DNA of 64,000 nucleotides from Candidatus Hadarchaeota archaeon. Lineage in GTDB: Archaea > CAYQAE01 > CAYVLA01. The notes beneath the pieces were generated by a model. It made no database searches and was not told the origin of the DNA. It saw only the letters and a list, made by a program, of their open reading frames with translations. The stretch is taken from the NCBI GenBank assembly GCA_964621445.1, contig CAZUNO010000016.1, forward strand, positions 1 through 64,000, read 5' to 3'. Both the position numbers and the translations under genes were made by a program. Below, one piece after another: positions 58,360 through 64,000 of this stretch. How positions within the stretch are numbered: the stretch's first letter is position 1; each line of letters begins with the position of its first letter.

Positions 58360-59520
58360 TTGGCCAAAAAGCGCGACTACTACGATGTTCTAGGGGTGTC
58401 CAGAGACGCGAGTACCGAGGAGATAAAGCGCGCATATAGAAGACTTGCTAAGAAGTACCATCCTGACAGGAACAAGGACAACGTAGAGGAGGCCGAGGAG
58501 AAGTTCAAGGAGGTCTCCGAGGCCTATGAAGTCCTGGCCGATGATCAGAAGCGTTCCAGGTATGACCGATACGGCTTCTCCGGTATCAGCGACGAGTTCA
58601 GCGAGGGAGGATTTGACTGGTCGGATTTCAGCCACTTCGGGGACATAAACGACATCTTCGGCGGAGGGTTTACTAATTTCTTTGGCGGGGATTCGATATT
58701 CGATATGTTCTTCAGCGGGGGAGGCCGGGGTGGAAGAGGCCGCGGGTCGGACATCCGCTATGATATGGAGATAAGCTTCGAGGAAGCGGCCTTCGGGACC
58801 GAGAAGGACATTCAGATAAGGCGGGAGGACAGCTGCCCGAGCTGCGGTGGAACTGGCGCCCGGGATGGAACCGCCCTGAGGACATGTCCTCAATGCGGGG
58901 GTAGGGGACAGGTCCGTGATGTCCAGAGCAGAGGTTACAGCCAATTCGTACGAATACATCCATGCTCCAAATGCGGCGGCAAGGGGCAGATAATCGAGGA
59001 GAGGTGCCCGGAATGCGGTGGTTCGGGTAAGGTCAGGCGAATGAGGAAGATCTCCGTAAATGTTCCCGCCGGGGTGGATGACGGGTCCCGGCTCAGACTC
59101 AACGGAGAGGGTCAGAGTGGCGAGGGTGGTGGACCACCCGGGGATCTATACGTGGTTATCCACGTCAGGCCCCACGAGATCTTTGAGAGGGATGGGGCGG
59201 AGATACTAGTTGAGGTCCCGGTTGACTACCCGACCCTGGTCCTGGGTGGAGGGATCCAGGTCCCGACCCTGGAGGGTAAGGCCAAGGTAAAGATCCCCAA
59301 GGGTACCAAGAGTGGAACCGTTCTCAGACTCAGGGGCAAGGGGGTCCCCGATCTCAAGAGGGGAGGTAAGGGGGACCAACACGTTAGGGTAGTCGTGGAC
59401 ATACCGGAAGACCTATCGGGTAGGCAGAAGGAGCTAATCGAGGAGCTGGGCTCCATGGAGGGGGACGGGGAAGAGAAGAAGGACAGAGGGTTATTCGATA
59501 GACTTAGGAGTAAGGACTAA
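58360..59520 (+). CDS. dnaJ: Chaperone DnaJ
   Basis: HPD J-domain, G/F region, four CxxCxGxG repeats. Confidence 0.97.
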   Translation: MAKKRDYYDVLGVSRDASTEEIKRAYRRLAKKYHPDRNKDNVEEAEEKFKEVSEAYEVLADDQKRSRYDRYGFSGISDEFSEGGFDWSDFSHFGDINDIFGGGFTNFFGGDSIFDMFFSGGGRGGRGRGSDIRYDMEISFEEAAFGTEKDIQIRREDSCPSCGGTGARDGTALRTCPQCGGRGQVRDVQSRGYSQFVRIHPCSKCGGKGQIIEERCPECGGSGKVRRMRKISVNVPAGVDDGSRLRLNGEGQSGEGGGPPGDLYVVIHVRPHEIFERDGAEILVEVPVDYPTLVLGGGIQVPTLEGKAKVKIPKGTKSGTVLRLRGKGVPDLKRGGKGDQHVRVVVDIPEDLSGRQKELIEELGSMEGDGEEKKDRGLFDRLRSKD

Positions 59521-59563
59521 GGTAGGTATAATTGGCTAGCAAGGTAATACGGAGGTTTAGGAA

Positions 59564-60127
59564 ATGAGGATCTCTGGTATACTGGGAAGCCGTGATACAG
59601 AGGGAAGAACCAGCCGAGCATGTGGCTCTTTTCTGGAGGGATTTGCAGAAAGCGGTTGGGAGCATGATTCGGTCTTCCTAACCCATATGAATATAGAGAG
59701 ATGTCGCCAATGTGATGATGATGGGTGGGGTGAGTGCAGGCAGGGTACCTGTGTAATTGATGATGACTTCGACTCCGTGGTGAGGGAGATCAGGGGCTCC
59801 GATGCCATACTCTTTGCAACCCCCGTCTACTACTCGGATCTCAGTGAGAGCATGCGTGCTTTCCTGGACAGGTTGAGAAGGATAGTAAGGGTCAGCAAGG
59901 AAGGAGTTCAGGGTAAGCCCGCATTCGGGATATGTGTAGCGGGGGGAGGTGGGGGAGGGGCTCCCTTGTGCACAGCCCGACTTACCGAAATACTTGATAA
60001 ATGCGGTTTCGATGTTTTAGATATGGTCCCTGCCAGGAGACAGAACCTGGAGATCAAGTTAACCATTCTCAAGAAAACGGGAGCCTGGTTCGGCCAGGAG
60101 CTAGGTTCATCGACTACCCATGAGTGA
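59564..60127 (+). CDS. Iron-sulfur flavoprotein / NADPH-dependent FMN reductase family
   Basis: LGS...GRT, CRQC...C...C, ATPVYY, FLDRL. Confidence 0.82.
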   Translation: MRISGILGSRDTEGRTSRACGSFLEGFAESGWEHDSVFLTHMNIERCRQCDDDGWGECRQGTCVIDDDFDSVVREIRGSDAILFATPVYYSDLSESMRAFLDRLRRIVRVSKEGVQGKPAFGICVAGGGGGGAPLCTARLTEILDKCGFDVLDMVPARRQNLEIKLTILKKTGAWFGQELGSSTTHE

Positions 60128-60187
60128 GAGCCCGCATCGGATCCTGGAAACGAAAAAGAGAAATGCAGGCATTTCATTGGGAAGGGC

Positions 60188-62893
60188 ATGGCCAGGATTA
60201 CCTCCCTTGTGCTTCCTCTATTAGTGATCATCGCGCTATCTCCCTGCGTTCTGGGCGAGGAGAGAATTGACTGGCCCATGTGGAGGGGAGACCGCAATAA
60301 CTCCGGGCACTTCCCTCTGCCCGGGAACATGAACCGAACCCCCGATGTACTCTGGAAACACTTTACGGGTGGATACGCGGACCAGGCCATCGGGTGGGAT
60401 GTGAATGGTGACGGCGAAGAGGAGGTAATCCTGCTCTCAGCAGGAATGATCAGGGCAGTCTCTAAATCCGGAGAGGAACTTTGGTCCACGTCCTCCTTGG
60501 GCCTGAGTGGCTTGCTGGGTGTGGAGGACCTGGGTGGTGATGGCCTCATGGACCTTATTGCCTGCAGGTCCTCGACAATCACCATATTCGTCCTGGATCT
60601 GGAGACGGGAAGTATCAACTGGAATCACACGTTTCCCTCTCCCTCTTCCGGTATCGGACGGCCTGGATTCAAGATCGCCAACATATCGGGTAGGTTCGAG
60701 GGACCGGAAATCATTGTCTGGCCATCAAAGTCAAGCATTGGCTACGCTTTCGGGTTCGTCAATGGGTGCGGGGAACTTTTATGGCAGGCGAATGCCTCCC
60801 AGACCAGGAATTTTCCACCCCCCATAGCGGTAGCTGATCTGGATCTGGACGGAACCAAGGAACTGGTCCTGGCCACCTTTGAAAGGATATACTCCTTTGA
60901 CGGGGAAACCGGTGAGCCCAAGATGTCGATACATTCACCGGGCATCAATCGCAACTACGGTATAATCTACGTTCTTAATCTAGATGAGGATCCCTACCCC
61001 GAGATACCGGTCCTCTGCTCAAACCTCAACGAGCATCTCTGGATGGTGGACAACGATGGAAGTAACCTTTCCGAGATGTGGGACGTCTTTTTCGAGTACT
61101 CCTACCCGGAGGACCATAAGGAGCTGCGTATAACCGTGGACTCGGTGTGTGACGTGGACCGGGATGAGGACATGGAGATCGTGTTCAGCATCTTTGACTC
61201 ATCCGCCGACGGCAGGTGGCAAACCAAGATATGGGATGCTTTGACCGGGGAGGAGGAGATGGACATTCCGGACCATTATCTCATGCATATTGCAGACCTC
61301 GATGGCGATGGAATGGACGAGGTGGTGACCAGTGAGCAGTATGGAAGAAGCACGAGATATCACTCCAATGTTACCATATGGAGGGATGCGGCTCCGGCAG
61401 AAATTCTAAGAAACTGTGGTCTGGTTGAGGACAGGTGGGCGCCGTTCCCCGAGGGGATCAACAGCATTGCCAGCATAGAAAGGTGGATGGAGACGGATGA
61501 TGGTTACCTGATAAGGGCCAACGGCTCGCTGGGCGTTCTTAATTTAAACGAAGGCGGTGCCGAGATTAACTGGATTTTGGATGAATCCAGAATCCAGGCC
61601 TCATTGAGCATAAAGGGTGTCTTCGAGGGGAGCGGGATAATTGCCAGCGGGAACGACGGACTGCTAAGGGTCTATGATGGGGGCGGGAACCTGGTCACCA
61701 GCTGCGAGACTGGCGGGTTTCTGCCCTACCCCACGGCCGCCGATGTTGATGGGGATGGACTGTCCGAGGTGCTGGTCAGGAGAAGCGACGGGCATCACAT
61801 GATCCTGGAGTCAAATGGGTCGGAGAAATGCCGGTTCTCGGCATTCTCGAGAAGTGCCAAGTTTAGCAAGGACGGGTCCCTGATTTCATGGGATATCGAT
61901 GGTAATGGGGATATGGAGATAATTGCCGCCGGGGATGGATCGCTTAAGCTGCTGGATGCCCAGGGAGTGGAGAAGAGGAAGTACGAGATGCCCTCCAGGC
62001 CCTACGACTGGACGGTGGGAAACGTCACCGGAGATGATTACTGGGATCTATTCGTCTCCTGCTTGGGAAGTGGTCCCCACACCGCCCAGACCATGGCCCT
62101 GGACGGGGAGACAGGGGAGATCATATGGGAAAAGGACTGGGGACCCTACGCCGGGTTCATCGGAATTATGGACTACGATGAGGACGGCCTTGATGACCTG
62201 GTGGTCAGGGAACACTTTGATTTCTACGTGATTATTGGACCCACGGGAAGGGAGAAAAAGGGTAAGGACCTCTGTGGTTACCATGTCCCCATTATAACGG
62301 ATGTCGAGGGAGACGGGACCACCGAGGTAATCTGGGGAGGAGGATGGGGGAGCCTGTCCATGGATCGGAAACGTAAGATTGAGAATGAGTACGGTAAGTT
62401 CCTGTACATGACCCAGATATGGGTCAACCTATTCGGGGGAGGGGATAGCAGGGAGGTTTACGGGCAGATTCCCGGAGTTGCGGATATAGATGGCGACGGG
62501 ATTAAAGAGATCGGGGCAGGCAATTCCAATGGCACCCTCCATATCTTCGGGGGCGAGAAGGGGGAACTCGAGGACGATTATTGGCTAGGATCAACTCCCT
62601 CGGATGTGGTGAGCTGTGACATAGATTCGGATGATTTGCCGGAGTTCATATTCGGAACCCGGGATGGAAGTTTGATCTCCTTGGGAGCGGAGGGTATGGA
62701 GTGGGAGTACGATTTTGGATATGGGGTCGGAGATCCCATAATATGTGACCTCGACCTTGACGGGATGGCCGATATATTGGTGCCGGTGATGGATGGGAAC
62801 CTATATGCCCTTCACATCGGGGAAATGAATTCCTGCTCGCTTCTTGCCTTTACCTTGATCGTCTGGATACTCTGTAAATGGGGAAGGTCCTAG
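60188..62893 (+). CDS. Large secreted FG-GAP/PQQ-like beta-propeller protein with a C-terminal membrane anchor
   Basis: Signal peptide; WPMWRGD..NSG; many D.DGDG..E repeats; IGE followed by a hydrophobic helix and basic tail. Confidence 0.82.
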   Translation: MARITSLVLPLLVIIALSPCVLGEERIDWPMWRGDRNNSGHFPLPGNMNRTPDVLWKHFTGGYADQAIGWDVNGDGEEEVILLSAGMIRAVSKSGEELWSTSSLGLSGLLGVEDLGGDGLMDLIACRSSTITIFVLDLETGSINWNHTFPSPSSGIGRPGFKIANISGRFEGPEIIVWPSKSSIGYAFGFVNGCGELLWQANASQTRNFPPPIAVADLDLDGTKELVLATFERIYSFDGETGEPKMSIHSPGINRNYGIIYVLNLDEDPYPEIPVLCSNLNEHLWMVDNDGSNLSEMWDVFFEYSYPEDHKELRITVDSVCDVDRDEDMEIVFSIFDSSADGRWQTKIWDALTGEEEMDIPDHYLMHIADLDGDGMDEVVTSEQYGRSTRYHSNVTIWRDAAPAEILRNCGLVEDRWAPFPEGINSIASIERWMETDDGYLIRANGSLGVLNLNEGGAEINWILDESRIQASLSIKGVFEGSGIIASGNDGLLRVYDGGGNLVTSCETGGFLPYPTAADVDGDGLSEVLVRRSDGHHMILESNGSEKCRFSAFSRSAKFSKDGSLISWDIDGNGDMEIIAAGDGSLKLLDAQGVEKRKYEMPSRPYDWTVGNVTGDDYWDLFVSCLGSGPHTAQTMALDGETGEIIWEKDWGPYAGFIGIMDYDEDGLDDLVVREHFDFYVIIGPTGREKKGKDLCGYHVPIITDVEGDGTTEVIWGGGWGSLSMDRKRKIENEYGKFLYMTQIWVNLFGGGDSREVYGQIPGVADIDGDGIKEIGAGNSNGTLHIFGGEKGELEDDYWLGSTPSDVVSCDIDSDDLPEFIFGTRDGSLISLGAEGMEWEYDFGYGVGDPIICDLDLDGMADILVPVMDGNLYALHIGEMNSCSLLAFTLIVWILCKWGRS

Positions 62894-62949
62894 TCACCGG
62901 GCAAAGAGATATACGTATGTCTAAACGAATCGTAGGGTGGGGTAGAAAT

Positions 62950-64000
62950 ATGATAGATGTACGAGAGACGGGTGCGCTGGGCGATGGAGAGACCAAGGAT
63001 ACTCAGGCCATACAGACTGCAATTGACGCTTGCCAGGAGAACGGAGGGGGGACCGTCCATTTTCCTGCCGGAAGGTATCTTTCAGGAACCATCACCATGG
63101 GCAGTAATGTGATTCTCCATCTCGATGGTGGGGCAAAACTGCTGGCCTCAAGGGACCCCAGTGACTACCCCGAATCCCGGGCCCTTTTGTGGGCCGAGGA
63201 CGAGGAAAACCTGTCCATCATGGGTACGGGGACCATCGACGGCCAGACCACGGCCGATCTGGGAAGGAGGCCCGGGCATGCCGGGGAGGAGAAGCCCTCC
63301 TTCAGGACCAGGATGGCTCTATTTGAAAATTGCGAGAAGCTCCGGGTGCGGGATGTGACCATGCAGAACAGCGACTCCTGGACCCTTCACCTTCGACATT
63401 GCCAGGACGCCGTCGTGGACGGGGTGACAGTGCTCAACAACTATTTCAGGACGAATACCGACGGCATCAACCCGGATACCTGCCAAAACGTACGTATCTC
63501 GAACTGCCACATCGTGGCCGGGGATGACTGCATCTGCCTAAAATCCCGGGACGGGGGTTCATGCGAGGACATCGTGGTTACCAATTGCACCACTGAGTCC
63601 ATAGCCACGGCCATAAAACTGGGCACCGAGTCCAGCGGGGATTTCCGCGACATCCTGGTCAACAACTGCACGATACGTAACTCAACGGTGGGACTGGGGA
63701 TCTTCGTCAAGGACGGGGGGACCGTGGAACGGGTTACCTTCTCGAACATCTCCATCCGCACCCTGGATGACCCCGCCCTGGTCAACGCCCCCCGACTTGG
63801 GGAGGCTATTTACCCAATTTTCTTCGACCTGGAGAGAAGGACCGATGAATCCCCGGTAGGAGAGATTAGGGACGTTTCCGTTAGCAATATCCATATTCGC
63901 AGCGAAAACGGGGTTCTGATACAGGGTATGGAGGAGAGTCCCATTCTAGGGCTGTCCATGGAAAACGTTAATTTCAGGGTGAACCGTGGATTTGACTTCT
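62950..64000 (+). CDS. Glycoside hydrolase family 28 (pectin lyase-like beta-helix), truncated by the window edge
   Basis: Hand translation: MIDVRETGALGDGETKDTQAIQTAID...FPAGRYLSG...NTDGINPD...GDDCICLKS; open to the end of the window. Confidence 0.88.
   Translation, partial: MIDVRETGALGDGETKDTQAIQTAIDACQENGGGTVHFPAGRYLSGTITMGSNVILHLDGGAKLLASRDPSDYPESRALLWAEDEENLSIMGTGTIDGQTTADLGRRPGHAGEEKPSFRTRMALFENCEKLRVRDVTMQNSDSWTLHLRHCQDAVVDGVTVLNNYFRTNTDGINPDTCQNVRISNCHIVAGDDCICLKSRDGGSCEDIVVTNCTTESIATAIKLGTESSGDFRDILVNNCTIRNSTVGLGIFVKDGGTVERVTFSNISIRTLDDPALVNAPRLGEAIYPIFFDLERRTDESPVGEIRDVSVSNIHIRSENGVLIQGMEESPILGLSMENVNFRVNRGFDF

Noticed and set aside
1-64000. tRNA, rRNA, IS/transposase, integrase or CRISPR array
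   Set aside because: No cloverleaf, rRNA-like block, DDE or tyrosine recombinase motif, or regular repeat-spacer pattern was seen by eye; a very short element could have been missed.

Overview
A 64 kb gene-dense segment of an archaeal chromosome (TFB, archaeal SRP RNA, oapABC, ADP-dependent sugar kinase, TATA/BRE promoters, many TTG/GTG starts), probably from an anaerobic heterotroph. Housekeeping genes include fprA, tfb, oapABC, larE, aor-moaD, hypCDEF, ilvC, leuA-ilvB-ilvN, tmk and grpE-dnaK-dnaJ. These are mixed with bacterial-style carbohydrate and hydrolase genes (sulfatase, GH28, FG-GAP proteins, a DUF3604-like gene, amidohydrolases). I found no CRISPR array, rRNA, tRNA or IS element. 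Most notable observations: (1) the SRP (7S) RNA, which the ORF track misses, is enclosed by a canonical bulge-helix-bulge motif, suggesting intron-like excision and circularisation, and it overlaps the only in-frame ATG of leuA; (2) three dispersed paralogs of a surface protein family with a variable GATase-like head and a conserved membrane anchor; (3) a C-rich-loop hairpin RNA between convergent TATA boxes next to an unannotated RHH gene; (4) an operon of a small protein, a SNAP-like TPR protein and a SpoIIM-family protein; (5) a GHKL ATPase-HExxH peptidase fusion next to a RimK-type ligase; (6) an unrecognised 4x ~40-aa repeat protein. All family calls come from motif recognition by eye; no searches were run.
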